A DNA stretch of 64,000 nt from a virus (IMGVR_UViG_2974556156_000001:21139-85138); one strand, 5' to 3'; positions 1 through 10,268 are shown, numbered from the stretch's first letter. Notes: a model not told the origin generated them from the sequence alone. A program made the numbers and translations.

Positions 1-1
1 C

Positions 2-1561
2 TGGAAGGCGGCCAAGGTCGAGAACATCAAGATGGACGCCTCGGCCACAGGCGTCACGCCCGACGAGCTGCAGCAGCGCCTGGATGACTTTGACATCGAG
101 GCCACCGAGTACTTTGCCAAGGTTCTGCAGGGCAACCTGGAGGCCGCCAAGAAGCTGCTGGCCGAAGCTGATGAGCGCGCGGCCACGGGTACCAGCTCGC
201 GCTTGAAGAGCGAGATCCAGCAGGGGCAGAGCAACCTGACCGACGGACTGGCGCAGGTGCAGGACGCCTGGGCGACCGCTCTGCAGTCGGCCATGGAAGC
301 GTCGGACCAGGAGTTCAAGACCAAGGGTGTCCTGGATCCGAGCAAGGTCGGCGAGGCGCGCGAAGCCCGTCGGAAGATCCAGGTCGACTTTGTCGAGAAG
401 ATGGTCTCGTCGCTCAACGACTTGTTCGCCGCCGAGGCCCAGAGGATCGCCAACGACGCCTCCGAGCGCCAGCGTAGCATCAACGCCGGCCGCGCCTCGG
501 TTGCGCAATTGTCGAACTACTACGGCTCGCGCCGCCTGGGGAACGTCCAGCGCGGTCTGGGTGAGATCCAGTCGCAGCGCCTCGACGAGATCGAGGCGCG
601 CAGCGGCTTCACGGTTGCGAGCGACAACTACAACCTGGCCGTCCAGAAGCGCGACAAGTTGATGCAGCAGCGTAACGCGACCCTGGATCCAGGTGCGCGC
701 GACGCCTTCAATGGTCCGCTCGCCGAGGCCAACCAGAGCGTCCAGGAAATGAGCCAGGCGCTCGACGACGCCCGCAACAACCTGGCTCAGATCACTGGGA
801 TGGCTCCTCAGTTCGCCTCTTATAGCCAGGCGGCTGGTGCCGCCTGGATGCTGATCGAGCAGCAGATGTCCATGCTTCCGAACACCTTCGAGACGTTCGG
901 CGACGGGCTCTATGATGCCTTCGACCAGGGTCGGACGAGCTTGGCCCAGCTGGTTCGTGACGTCGCGACCGGCAGCAAGTCGATGAAGGCGTCGATCAAG
1001 GACTTTAGCCTGTCGGTGCTTGACAGCCTGATGGACATGGCAGCGAAGATGGCTGCCAACCAGTTGATCGGCATGCTCTTGAACCTGGCCGGCAGCTTCC
1101 TTGGGGGTGCGCGCTTGACCGCGTCGGCCAACGCCCTGGCAGCCAACAACGCCTCGTTCCAGGCAGCTGGGATCAACGGGCCGACCTATAGCACGCTCGG
1201 CATGAAGATGGGCGGCGAAGTGCCGCGCCGGATGGCTGCCGGCTCTCCGGCCCCGTTCCGCGACAACGTCCTGATCAACGCCATGCCGGGCGAGTTCTTG
1301 TTGCGGCAGTCGGCCGTCGACATGATTGGCGTCGACACCTTGAACCAGATCAACGCCGCCGGTAATAGCAAGATCTCACGGATGCCCACCCTGGCCCAAG
1401 CCATGCCGAAGCGGGAACCTGATGAGGTCAACGTCTGGGTCGTTCCGCCTGAGAGCAAGCCCCCTATCGGAAAGAAGGATATCGTGGCGGCGATCAGCGA
1501 GGATATTCAGACGGGTGGGATCACCAAGAAGTTGATTAAGAACGTCCAGGTGGGAGGCTAA
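2..1561 (+). CDS. Tail tape measure protein, C-terminal part (5' end outside window)
   Basis: Frame is open from base 2. Ala/Gln-rich helical sequence with a typical TMP C-terminus (GGEV..., PGEFLLRQSAV), directly upstream of the tail tip genes. Confidence 0.85.
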   Translation, partial: WKAAKVENIKMDASATGVTPDELQQRLDDFDIEATEYFAKVLQGNLEAAKKLLAEADERAATGTSSRLKSEIQQGQSNLTDGLAQVQDAWATALQSAMEASDQEFKTKGVLDPSKVGEAREARRKIQVDFVEKMVSSLNDLFAAEAQRIANDASERQRSINAGRASVAQLSNYYGSRRLGNVQRGLGEIQSQRLDEIEARSGFTVASDNYNLAVQKRDKLMQQRNATLDPGARDAFNGPLAEANQSVQEMSQALDDARNNLAQITGMAPQFASYSQAAGAAWMLIEQQMSMLPNTFETFGDGLYDAFDQGRTSLAQLVRDVATGSKSMKASIKDFSLSVLDSLMDMAAKMAANQLIGMLLNLAGSFLGGARLTASANALAANNASFQAAGINGPTYSTLGMKMGGEVPRRMAAGSPAPFRDNVLINAMPGEFLLRQSAVDMIGVDTLNQINAAGNSKISRMPTLAQAMPKREPDEVNVWVVPPESKPPIGKKDIVAAISEDIQTGGITKKLIKNVQVGG

Positions 1562-1562
1562 A

Positions 1563-1955
1563 ATGCCGTTGGAGGTCTTCCCCTTCGTCAACCACACGCC
1601 GCGCCACGTCTACCCTAAGGGCGACGCCTTCCAGTTCGGAGGTGGTTATGTCTTCGCGGCCAAGCCGCAGCAAGTTCAGAGGCGGATCATCCTCTCGTTC
1701 CAGGCTTTGATCTGGTACAAGAACGTGGCCGGGACGGCTTTCGATAGTACTATCGATCCCGAGAACAATGCTCTGAATTTCGACGAGTTCTACCGACGGC
1801 ATCTGACCTACAAGTCGTTCACCTACAACCACGACGTCTATGGAGCGATGGAAGTTAAGTTCGCTGCCGACGTTCCGTTCGAGATGCCCAAGACCCGCGA
1901 GGGTGGAGTGGGCGTCACGGAGTCCTTCGAAGTAACACTAGTCGAGCAGCCGTGA
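1563..1955 (+). CDS. Distal tail / lambda gpM-like minor tail protein
   Basis: 130 aa directly after TMP; FDEFYRRHLTYKSFTYNH and FEVTLVEQP resemble gpM-like proteins. Confidence 0.65.
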   Translation: MPLEVFPFVNHTPRHVYPKGDAFQFGGGYVFAAKPQQVQRRIILSFQALIWYKNVAGTAFDSTIDPENNALNFDEFYRRHLTYKSFTYNHDVYGAMEVKFAADVPFEMPKTREGGVGVTESFEVTLVEQP

Positions 1956-2440
1956 GCACCAACGCCCCCGCCGAGCACCTCCTTGACGCCCTCCAGATGG
2001 AGGGCGACGCCAAGCTGGATCTCTGGGAGATCCGGCTCAAGACGGTGCCGACCATCTTCCGCTTCTGGAACGGTAAGAGCCTCACCTGGCAGGGTAACCT
2101 GTACGAGGGCATGGCCTGCCAGCTCAGCGGCGAGAGCAATCCCAGCGAGGGACAGTCCAGCCGACCCATCCTCACGGCTGTCAACCCCGAGAACATCTTT
2201 GGCCCCTTTGCGAGCGACGGTCTGTTCGACCTGGCCGAAGTTATCCGCAAGCGGGTGCTTCAGACCCACGCGATCTCCAACACCAACCTCTTCGAGCAGC
2301 GGGTGTGGATCTGTGGCCGGCCGTCTGGTGTCAGCGACCAGCTGATCCAGCTGGAGCTGCGCTCGCCGACCGACATGCCAGCCTGGAAGACGCCGCGCCG
2401 CACCTACAGCCCTCCCGACTTCCCTTTCATCGTGTCGTAA
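1952..2440 (+). CDS. Lambda gpL-like tail tip protein
   Basis: GTG start overlapping the previous stop; LDLWEI...FRFWNG, LELRSP.D...P.R motifs; position between M-like and K-like genes. Confidence 0.7.
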   Translation: MSTNAPAEHLLDALQMEGDAKLDLWEIRLKTVPTIFRFWNGKSLTWQGNLYEGMACQLSGESNPSEGQSSRPILTAVNPENIFGPFASDGLFDLAEVIRKRVLQTHAISNTNLFEQRVWICGRPSGVSDQLIQLELRSPTDMPAWKTPRRTYSPPDFPFIVS

Positions 2441-2441
2441 G

Positions 2442-2963
2442 ATGAACTATCAGCACCTCATCGGCCTAGCCTGGGATCCCGAGACCGAGCACTGCTTCAC
2501 GCTGCTGCGTCGGTTCTACCAAGACGTCTACGGCATCACGCTAACCGATTACGCCAACCCCACCGAGTGGTGGAAGGGTGGCCAGATGGATCTCTACGCC
2601 CAGCTGGCCGAGGGCGAGGGCTTCGAGATCGTCCACGCCCACCCACGCGACTGGCTCCCCGGCGACGTCATCATCATGGCGATCAACGCCCCTGTGGGGA
2701 ACCACTGCGCGGTTCTGCTGGACAACGGGAAAATTCTCCATCACCTAGTGGGTCAGCTGTCCACCGAGACCGATTACGGCGGGCTCTTCCGCAATACCAC
2801 CGTGGGGGTCTACCGGCACCGGGACGTCCCCAAGCAGAAGCCACCTGAGACCCTCGTCGATGTCCGAGAATACCTCTCCCCCGCTGTCCGCCGCCGAGTT
2901 GAAGAACTCCAGCGACGTCGAGAAGCTGCTGCTGCAGATGATGGGGGAACTGGGGACGCCTGA
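2442..2963 (+). CDS. NlpC/P60-family tail tip protein (gpK C-terminal half)
   Basis: HCFTLLRRFY (catalytic Cys) and GNHCAVLLDNGKILHH (catalytic His). Confidence 0.85.
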   Translation: MNYQHLIGLAWDPETEHCFTLLRRFYQDVYGITLTDYANPTEWWKGGQMDLYAQLAEGEGFEIVHAHPRDWLPGDVIIMAINAPVGNHCAVLLDNGKILHHLVGQLSTETDYGGLFRNTTVGVYRHRDVPKQKPPETLVDVREYLSPAVRRRVEELQRRREAAAADDGGTGDA

Positions 2964-3240
2964 ACGAGGCGGCTTCGTTCTGGAGGACGGGACGCTCCTG
3001 GAGTTCCCCAACAACTCGCCCGAGCCCAACGAAGGGGCCAGCCTGGAAATTGGTGTGGAGCAGCTGCCGCTGCTCGACTACGCCATCGCCACCTGGCATA
3101 CCCATCCAGGGGCGACCGCCAACCTCTCGGTCGGCGACGCCGAGACCTTCACCCAGTGGCCCAACATGCTGCACGCGATCGTGGGCACGAACGGGGTTCG
3201 CTGGTACGGGGTCAAGAACGGGGCGGTGATCAATGCGTAG
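2860..3240 (+). CDS. JAB/MPN-domain protein (gpK N-terminal half)
   Basis: E-RGGFV, WHTHP-x6-S-x2-D MPN+ motif; overlaps the NlpC/P60 gene by 104 nt. Confidence 0.8.
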   Translation: MSENTSPPLSAAELKNSSDVEKLLLQMMGELGTPERGGFVLEDGTLLEFPNNSPEPNEGASLEIGVEQLPLLDYAIATWHTHPGATANLSVGDAETFTQWPNMLHAIVGTNGVRWYGVKNGAVINA

Positions 3241-3790
3241 GCGCATCCACCTCCATGGAGCCTTCGCGGGCTTTCATGACGGGCCGATCGAGATCGAGGC
3301 CGAGACCGTCTGGGAGGCGATCGAGGCGATGACTTATCAGGTCCTGGGCTTCGCCCCGGACGCCATCACCGGACGCAAGCGGCTCAAGGTCGTCGGCTAC
3401 GAGACCATCGAGAAGCTGAAGGCCTTCGGCGATCAGACCATCGACATCCACGTCCTGCCGGCCCTGACCTTCGGGAAGGATGGTGGCTTGATCCAAACCG
3501 TGGTTGGTGTCGCGCTAATCGTGGCCGGCCTCTTCATGCCGCCGGGCTCACCCTGGCAGATCGCGTTCATCTCGGCGGGTCTGAGCTTCACGATCGGCGG
3601 CGTCATGCAGATGATCTCGCCGCAGCCCCAGCTTGGCTCGACCAACGACAATGAGGTCCGATCGAAGTATCTGGGCGGCATCACCAACACGGTGAAGATT
3701 GGCACGCCCATCGCCTTGCTTTATGGAGAAGCCCTAGTGGGCGGCCATATTCTGTCGCTGAACATCGACGCGACGGACACTGGTCTATGA
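3233..3790 (+). CDS. Lambda gpI-like tail assembly protein
   Basis: IHLHG N-terminus, Gly-rich hydrophobic segment, NTVKIGTPIALLYGE.LVGG. Confidence 0.85.
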   Translation: MRRRIHLHGAFAGFHDGPIEIEAETVWEAIEAMTYQVLGFAPDAITGRKRLKVVGYETIEKLKAFGDQTIDIHVLPALTFGKDGGLIQTVVGVALIVAGLFMPPGSPWQIAFISAGLSFTIGGVMQMISPQPQLGSTNDNEVRSKYLGGITNTVKIGTPIALLYGEALVGGHILSLNIDATDTGL

Positions 3791-6700
3791 GCAAGGTGCT
3801 GAAGTTCGGGAAGAGCAGTTCCAGCTCGAAGTCTCCCGTCCGCACACCCGACACGATGGTCAGCACCGACACGGTCGAGGTGCTGATGGGGATCTCGGAA
3901 GGTCCCATCGCCGGCCTGGTCGATGGACCGAAGAGCTTCTATGCCGATAGCACGCCTCTGCTGAACGAGACCGGCGAGCCGAACTTCAAAAACTTCGCCC
4001 TCGACTTCTACCCCGGCAATGAGACCGGCCACACTGTTCAGCTCGATCTGGGGGGTTTTTCTTCTCCGCTCAACGTCGGAGTGAACCTGGCCAAGGATGT
4101 GCCCGTCGTTCGCTCGGGCTTTGTCCAAGGCATCGACTGCGTCGACTTCCGCATCGTCGTCCAGCAGCTCATGCTGTCGAACGACAAGGGCACCTACACG
4201 ACCGAGTTGAGCCTGAAGTTCGAGGTCAAGAAGAAGACCTCCTCTACCTGGTCGCCAGCCTGGATTTCAGAGGGATCGACCACCGGGCTCGACGTCACCG
4301 ACGACGAGAACGTCGCCAGCTACCGGTACTACAACTCCGATCCTGAGATCGCCTCCTTCGAGGGGGACGTTCAGGCCTATACTTCGACGACGCCGCCGGT
4401 TGCGCCGCCAGTTGATCCCACCCAGGTGGCCTATAGCTTCAAGCCGAACACGGCGGGCACGGACATCGACGGCGTCTACCGCTGGTCGACTAGCACCCAA
4501 AGCTGGTCGCCTGTGACGCCCTCGCCGGCCGACCCCCGCTACACGCTTCTGGCTGATGGTCGTCGTGTCTATAAGGTCAGTGCCGAAGCACCGGCCGACG
4601 CACGTCAGGGCGACCTCTGGAACACCCTCCTGGGCCTGGTAGGCGCGAGCAACATGCGAGTGCTCGTCTGGAACGGCACCGCCTGGGTCAAGCCCAGCGA
4701 GTATCAACCCCAACCGGTCGCGACGATCACCAATGGCATTTGGACGACCAATGCCAAGGTCAGCTCTCCGACGCCGAAGGACATTCGTGTCTATCTGCAA
4801 GACGCTGGTCCGAACGACGAATGGGAATACCGGGTCACCAAGCTGTCGGCCGACAGCACGACTGAGATCTTCTCAGAGGTCGCCTGGGAGAGTGTGCAGG
4901 AGATCACTCGCACACCCTACACCTTCGTCGGGCTGGCCATGGCGCGCGTCATCGGCCGCGCCTCTGACCAGTTCTCGTCAATCCCGGTCTGGAGCAGTCT
5001 GTGCAAGGGCCGCATCGTCAAGGTGCCGTCGAACTACGATCCCGTGACGCGGATCTACACCGGCGTCTGGGATGGCACCTACAAGCTGGCCTACACCAAC
5101 AACACGGCCTTCATCTTCCAGGACTTTGTCGAGAACACCCGCTACGGGCTCTCGTCGGTGTTCCCGCACGTCGTGAACAAGTGGAAGATCTACCAGTGGG
5201 GGCAGCACTGTGATGTGCAGGTCCAGAAGTTGGACGGCACCTACCAACCGCGCTGGACCTACAACGAATGGATCCAGACGCCCCGCGACGCCAAGGAGAT
5301 GGCGCAATACATCGCCGGCTCGGCGGGTGCGCTCTATGTCGATGACGGCAACGGCATCGTGGACGTCATCATCGACGTGGATGCTCCTGCCGTCGCGATC
5401 TTCGGTATCGAGAACACCAACGAGGACGGCTTTAAGTACAGCTACACCGATCGGCTGACTCGGCCGAACGAGTACACGGTCAACTTCATCAACCCGGATC
5501 TGAACTGGCAGCAGGACAGCCGGATTGTGCGCGACGAGGACGACATCGCCCTCTTCGGTCGTATCCCCGAGGACTTCGTCGCGACCGGCTGCACGAACGT
5601 GGACGAGGCCCTGCGCCGCGCCCGTCGCCGGCTGATCGGAGGTCTGACTGAGAAGGAGATCGTCACCTTCACGACCAACCGGAAGGGTCGCTTCCTGTCG
5701 TCGTGGGACGTGATCTTGGTCGCCGACGAGAAGATGGCCCGAGGCATCAGCGGCCGGATCAAGGCCGTGACCGGTGCCCGTCAGGTGAGCCTGCGTGACC
5801 CCGTCAGCTTCGAAGCAGGGATTGAGTACTGGGCGACCTTCGACATCGTCAATCCCGCCTATCCGGCCACCTCGACCAGCCCCTACGTGACCGTCCGTCG
5901 CAAGATCACCAACGCGGCTGGCGCAGGCTATCTGGTTCTGAACTTCGATACCGATCTCCCGACCCTGCCGCCCAAGGCGCAGTTCGTGATCGAGGCGGCT
6001 GGCATCCTGGGCTTCCCGAAGGCCTACCGGATCACCAACATCGAAGACGATGCGGGGACGGGTGACTACATCAAGATCACCGCCCTGGAGTTCAATCGGA
6101 ACAAGTACTTCTACATCGACACTGGTACGGGCACTATCGAGCAGCCCGGCAGCAACGAGTACATCGTCCTGCCGCCGGAGAACCTGAAGGTTACGCCGAA
6201 CGTCAAGACGATCGGCCTGATCACGACGCGCGTCCTGACCGTGAGCTGGGACGCCTCGCCGTCGAAGTGGGTCCGAGCCTACCACCTCTACCACTCGGTG
6301 AACGGTGAGCCGGCCAAGAAGTACGAGGTCACCAACGCTCTCAGCTTCGACCTGGAGGGTGTGATCCCCGGCAGCCAGGTGATCACTCTGGTAGCCGTCG
6401 ACATCCGGGGCCGTGAGAGTAAGCCGGTCTCCATCGGCTACAACACCGAGGGCGAGACCCGTTGGGTGCCGGGGCCGACGAACCTGCGTCTGGTCGGTGG
6501 CGTCAACACCCTGAACTTCGACACGCCGGACGCTGCCTTCGCCTGGGATGGGCCGGCCGAAGTCGACCCTTATTTCTCGACCTATCGCACCGAGATCGTG
6601 AGGCTCACGACGGGCTTCCCTGTGCGCGTCACCGACGTCGGCACCGCCCTAACCTGGTCCTACCTCTACGGCGACATGGTCAAGGACGTGACCCCCGGTC

Positions 6701-8520
6701 AGTCCCCGCCTCGATCCTTCAAGATCAACGTCTACGCCGTTGACCAGTTCGGCAACCAATCGGCCCCGGTCAGTCTGACACCCAGCAACCCTGCGCCTGC
6801 TGCGCCGGGTATCTCGGCCGTGGGTATCGCGGGCGGCCTGGAGGTCTACCTCACGCCCAACACCGAGCGTGACCTGACTGGCATGTTGATCTGGGTCTCG
6901 ACGTCGGCGGGGTTCAATCCGCTCACGACGACGCCTGTCCTAGACACCTCAGTTCAGCGATCGTTCTTCTACCCGGCCCCAGAGGTCCAACAGCTCTTTG
7001 TCCGGGTGGCCTACTATGATGGGTTTGGAAAAGACCCTTCCCAGCTGAACATCTCGGCCGAAGCTACAGCCACACCCGCGCCTCTGGCCGACATCGGTCA
7101 GGAGGTGCTCGATCAACTGCAAGACGCCATCGACATCGGCAACGCCGCCGCCGTCAACGCTCAGAAGGCGATCGATGACGCAGATGAGTTGGCTCAAAGG
7201 GTTATTCGGGACGCTATCGAGGGTCTGGAGGCTCGCGCTCGTTTCCTACTTCTAACCCATATCGGCAATACCCCGGCCAAGACGGCTATCGCCGAAGAGA
7301 TTGTCCAGCGGGAAACCGACACGCTGGCGATGGTGCAGAAGACTGACACCATCATCGCGAACTTCAACACCAACGTCGCTGCAGTCGAGCAGCAGTTCAC
7401 GGCGGTGTCGACTGCTCTGACCTCTGAAGCGAGCGCCCGGCTCACGCTGGCCACCACGGTCGGCAATAATAAGGCGGCAGCGGATCAGTCGATCCAAACT
7501 CTGACGACCAATCTAGGCGCTGAGGTCACGGCTCGAACTGTCTTGGGCACTCAGGTTGGCAACAACTACACGGAGTATCTGAACCAGGTCCAACTGCTGC
7601 AGGATGCCGACAGCGCTACGGTCACGACTCTGTCGTTGCTGGGTGCTCGAAACGGTACCAGCACGGCGTTCATCATCAACAGCAGCACTGCGCAACTGAC
7701 CAGCAGTGGTCAGAGCATCGGTAACACCCTGTCGGGTATCACCAACAGTGTTGGTACAGTTGATGGACGGGTTACGACAGAAATCAGCAACCGGATCAGC
7801 CAAGATAGTGCTCTGTCTACCCGTATTGACCAGGTGCAGAATACTGTCGGAAGTCATACGACGAGCATCAACACCCTAACCTCAGTCTCTGATGGTCTAA
7901 ACGCTAAGTACAGCGTGGCTATTCAGACCGACAGTGGCGGTACGAAGCGCGTCTGGGGTTTTGAGCTGAACAGCAACGGCACGACTGGCTCGTTCGGTGT
8001 TCTGGCAGATCGCTTCTCTGTGTCGAACTACGCCGGTAGTGTTGTTCAAACACCCTTCACGATCGTTGGCTCGACCGTGAAGATGTCGAACGTTGAAGTC
8101 GACACCATCAAGACGAACACCATCGTTGCGACACACATCGTGTCCGACGAGATCACGAGCACAGTAGCTACCTCCAGCAGTTACGGAGGGGCGATTGGCA
8201 ATTATGGTGGTGGTGCGCAAGTCTGTTCTATCAGTGTCTACTGCACCGGTAAGAAGCTGCTGGTCAACGGCATGTATAGCGCCTCACTGTCAAGCGGCCC
8301 CGGCAACATTAACGCCACGGGAAATCTCTACCGCGACGGGACGGTGCTGGTTGACGCCGGTGCTTATGCCTTGACGAACTATCGATACTCACTGCACTTC
8401 TCAACCGTGGACGACCCTGGCGCTGGTTGGTGGACCTATTCTTTGTACGACACCGTCGGTCCCGGCGCTCAGATCCGCTGGTATAACTACAGCCTATCGG
8501 CCACGGAATTGAAGCGATGA
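3787..8520 (+). CDS. Central tail fibre / host specificity protein (gpJ-like)
   Basis: 1577 aa; ISEGPIAGL, YTNNTAFIFQDF, FnIII-like repeats, coiled coil, C-terminal GFEL...FGVLADRFSV segment typical of gpJ. Confidence 0.92.
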   Translation: MSKVLKFGKSSSSSKSPVRTPDTMVSTDTVEVLMGISEGPIAGLVDGPKSFYADSTPLLNETGEPNFKNFALDFYPGNETGHTVQLDLGGFSSPLNVGVNLAKDVPVVRSGFVQGIDCVDFRIVVQQLMLSNDKGTYTTELSLKFEVKKKTSSTWSPAWISEGSTTGLDVTDDENVASYRYYNSDPEIASFEGDVQAYTSTTPPVAPPVDPTQVAYSFKPNTAGTDIDGVYRWSTSTQSWSPVTPSPADPRYTLLADGRRVYKVSAEAPADARQGDLWNTLLGLVGASNMRVLVWNGTAWVKPSEYQPQPVATITNGIWTTNAKVSSPTPKDIRVYLQDAGPNDEWEYRVTKLSADSTTEIFSEVAWESVQEITRTPYTFVGLAMARVIGRASDQFSSIPVWSSLCKGRIVKVPSNYDPVTRIYTGVWDGTYKLAYTNNTAFIFQDFVENTRYGLSSVFPHVVNKWKIYQWGQHCDVQVQKLDGTYQPRWTYNEWIQTPRDAKEMAQYIAGSAGALYVDDGNGIVDVIIDVDAPAVAIFGIENTNEDGFKYSYTDRLTRPNEYTVNFINPDLNWQQDSRIVRDEDDIALFGRIPEDFVATGCTNVDEALRRARRRLIGGLTEKEIVTFTTNRKGRFLSSWDVILVADEKMARGISGRIKAVTGARQVSLRDPVSFEAGIEYWATFDIVNPAYPATSTSPYVTVRRKITNAAGAGYLVLNFDTDLPTLPPKAQFVIEAAGILGFPKAYRITNIEDDAGTGDYIKITALEFNRNKYFYIDTGTGTIEQPGSNEYIVLPPENLKVTPNVKTIGLITTRVLTVSWDASPSKWVRAYHLYHSVNGEPAKKYEVTNALSFDLEGVIPGSQVITLVAVDIRGRESKPVSIGYNTEGETRWVPGPTNLRLVGGVNTLNFDTPDAAFAWDGPAEVDPYFSTYRTEIVRLTTGFPVRVTDVGTALTWSYLYGDMVKDVTPGQSPPRSFKINVYAVDQFGNQSAPVSLTPSNPAPAAPGISAVGIAGGLEVYLTPNTERDLTGMLIWVSTSAGFNPLTTTPVLDTSVQRSFFYPAPEVQQLFVRVAYYDGFGKDPSQLNISAEATATPAPLADIGQEVLDQLQDAIDIGNAAAVNAQKAIDDADELAQRVIRDAIEGLEARARFLLLTHIGNTPAKTAIAEEIVQRETDTLAMVQKTDTIIANFNTNVAAVEQQFTAVSTALTSEASARLTLATTVGNNKAAADQSIQTLTTNLGAEVTARTVLGTQVGNNYTEYLNQVQLLQDADSATVTTLSLLGARNGTSTAFIINSSTAQLTSSGQSIGNTLSGITNSVGTVDGRVTTEISNRISQDSALSTRIDQVQNTVGSHTTSINTLTSVSDGLNAKYSVAIQTDSGGTKRVWGFELNSNGTTGSFGVLADRFSVSNYAGSVVQTPFTIVGSTVKMSNVEVDTIKTNTIVATHIVSDEITSTVATSSSYGGAIGNYGGGAQVCSISVYCTGKKLLVNGMYSASLSSGPGNINATGNLYRDGTVLVDAGAYALTNYRYSLHFSTVDDPGAGWWTYSLYDTVGPGAQIRWYNYSLSATELKR

Positions 8521-8720
8521 GCAGAACCCTGATCTTCTACACCCCGGAAGGAACTATCGTCGGAAAGACGAGCTACCCGGACGCGCCGGGTTATTTCGAA
8601 CGACAGACCCATCCGATGACGTCGCTGAAGATGGAGATCCATTCTTCCCTTTCAGCCACGATCGAACTATACGAGGTGGACACCTCCACCCAACCGCATC
8701 AGCTCCGAAGGAAGCCCTAA
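8517..8720 (+). CDS. Small tail-associated hypothetical protein
   Basis: 67 aa, ATGA overlap with the J stop. Confidence 0.6.
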   Translation: MSRTLIFYTPEGTIVGKTSYPDAPGYFERQTHPMTSLKMEIHSSLSATIELYEVDTSTQPHQLRRKP

Positions 8721-9004
8721 TGGCCCAGGAACTCACGATCCAGGAACAGCTCGTCCAGCTGGCCACGATCAAGAACAACATCCAGAAGACCGAGCACACT
8801 ACGCTCGTCTCCCTCGAAGCGGCTCTGCTCGACGCCAATGTCGACGCTCTGATGGCGAGCCTGAACCACGCCGTCGAGAACCTGGCGGTCACGGATGCCC
8901 TGAAGAACACCGCCGGCACCCTGCTCGACCTGTTGAAGACGGCTCGCGTCGTCGCTCAGCGCGAGCGTATGTTGAGCGAGCAGGCCATCGCCGCTCATGG
9001 CTAG
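8720..9004 (+). CDS. Hypothetical helical protein
   Basis: 94 aa, TAATG coupling, genome-typical codon use. Confidence 0.65.
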   Translation: MAQELTIQEQLVQLATIKNNIQKTEHTTLVSLEAALLDANVDALMASLNHAVENLAVTDALKNTAGTLLDLLKTARVVAQRERMLSEQAIAAHG

Positions 9005-9266
9005 TCCTGCGGAAGCCGCCACCCACATCAACAACTTGGTGGCCGAGGAGAAAGAACTCCTCGCTCGCCGTTGGTTGATCCATCGTGAAGGCCAGAAACT
9101 GGATGACCGGATCGAGACCATCCAAGCCCACCTGGCCGGTGTTCAACTAGGCCAGCAGCACAAGCAGGCTGAAGTCGACGGCCTGATTGCTGAGGTCGCC
9201 GAGCTGAGAGCCAAGCTCGAACGGGCAGAGGTGAAACAAGAGCTGGAAGCCAAGGCCAAGTCCTGA
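8997..9266 (+). CDS. Hypothetical coiled-coil protein
   Basis: 89 aa, heptad-like, overlaps the previous gene. Confidence 0.65.
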   Translation: MASPAEAATHINNLVAEEKELLARRWLIHREGQKLDDRIETIQAHLAGVQLGQQHKQAEVDGLIAEVAELRAKLERAEVKQELEAKAKS

Positions 9267-9303
9267 TAACGGAGAGGTCTAGCACCTCTTCCAGGGACCT
9301 CCG

Positions 9304-9855
9304 GTGACCATCAGCAATACCGAAATCGCTGCCCAGATTGTCGATCTGATCGACAAGTGGAACAATCGCGAGGACGAGCTGGTAGCGTGGCTGGCCGGTA
9401 CGGCTACCGGAGGTCCCAACAACAACGGCCTCTACCCTCTAACTAACGAGCTGGGCGTGACCTATATGGTTGCCTGCCCAGCCAAGATGGTTCAGGTCAC
9501 CCAAAAGGGTGACAAGGGTGATGACGCCAAGGTCGACCTGATCATCCAGGCTCAGTTTGCGGTAGGGGCTAGTGAACCGCTTCCCCCTATCATTGCCGCA
9601 GCGGCTATCACCTTCACGCCCGCCAGCTGTAAGGCCTGGGCCAAGGGGGCTCCGAGCGGCTCTGCAGTGACCATGACCGCGACGAAGAACGGCGCGGCTT
9701 GGATGAGCTGCACCTGGGCGGCCGGAAGCCAAACAGGCACGGTCTCCTTCACCGGATCCCCCTCCCTGGCCGTTGGGGATATAGTCGAGCCGTATGGCCC
9801 GGCGACTTTCAATTCGGCATTTCAGTCGCCGACCATTACTCTCGCAGGAGCATAA
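9304..9855 (+). CDS. Side fibre / fibre anchor protein
   Basis: GTG start; N-terminus (SNTEIAAQI..LI.KW..RE...WLAGTA.GGP...G.YPLT) resembles siphovirus fibre attachment domains; short KGDKGD collagen-like motif. Confidence 0.6.
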   Translation: MTISNTEIAAQIVDLIDKWNNREDELVAWLAGTATGGPNNNGLYPLTNELGVTYMVACPAKMVQVTQKGDKGDDAKVDLIIQAQFAVGASEPLPPIIAAAAITFTPASCKAWAKGAPSGSAVTMTATKNGAAWMSCTWAAGSQTGTVSFTGSPSLAVGDIVEPYGPATFNSAFQSPTITLAGA

Positions 9856-9857
9856 AC

Positions 9858-10265
9858 ATGGCTATTCAGGAGTCCGTGCCCATCGCCAACGCTCGTCTTG
9901 ATGTTATTGAGACGACCGTTGGGGTATCCCCCAAGCTGCAGATCTGGACTGGAGCCCAACCGGCCAACTGCGCCGCCGCCGCCACTGGCACCAAGCTGGC
10001 CGAGCTGACGCTGCCCTCCGACTGGATGGCCAATTCCTCGGCTGGTTCGAAGGCCAAGGCCGGCACCTGGTCAGGCACCGGCCTGGCCACCGGCACGGCG
10101 GGCTATTGGAGGCTCACCGACAGTGCTGGTACGACCTGCCATCTGCAGGGTAATATCACCACGACTGCTGTGGGCACCGGCGACATGTTGCTGGACAACA
10201 CTTCGATCACCACGGGTCAGGCCATGGCGGTCTCGACCTTCACCCTCACGGACGGGAACGCCTAA
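9858..10265 (+). CDS. Small virion structural (fibre/collar-type) protein
   Basis: ATG at 9858 after GGAG; Thr/Gly/Ala-rich beta sequence (LQIWTGAQPANC, GTAGYWRL, DNTSITTGQ) like phage appendage proteins. Confidence 0.65.
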   Translation: MAIQESVPIANARLDVIETTVGVSPKLQIWTGAQPANCAAAATGTKLAELTLPSDWMANSSAGSKAKAGTWSGTGLATGTAGYWRLTDSAGTTCHLQGNITTTAVGTGDMLLDNTSITTGQAMAVSTFTLTDGNA

Positions 10266-10268
10266 GCC

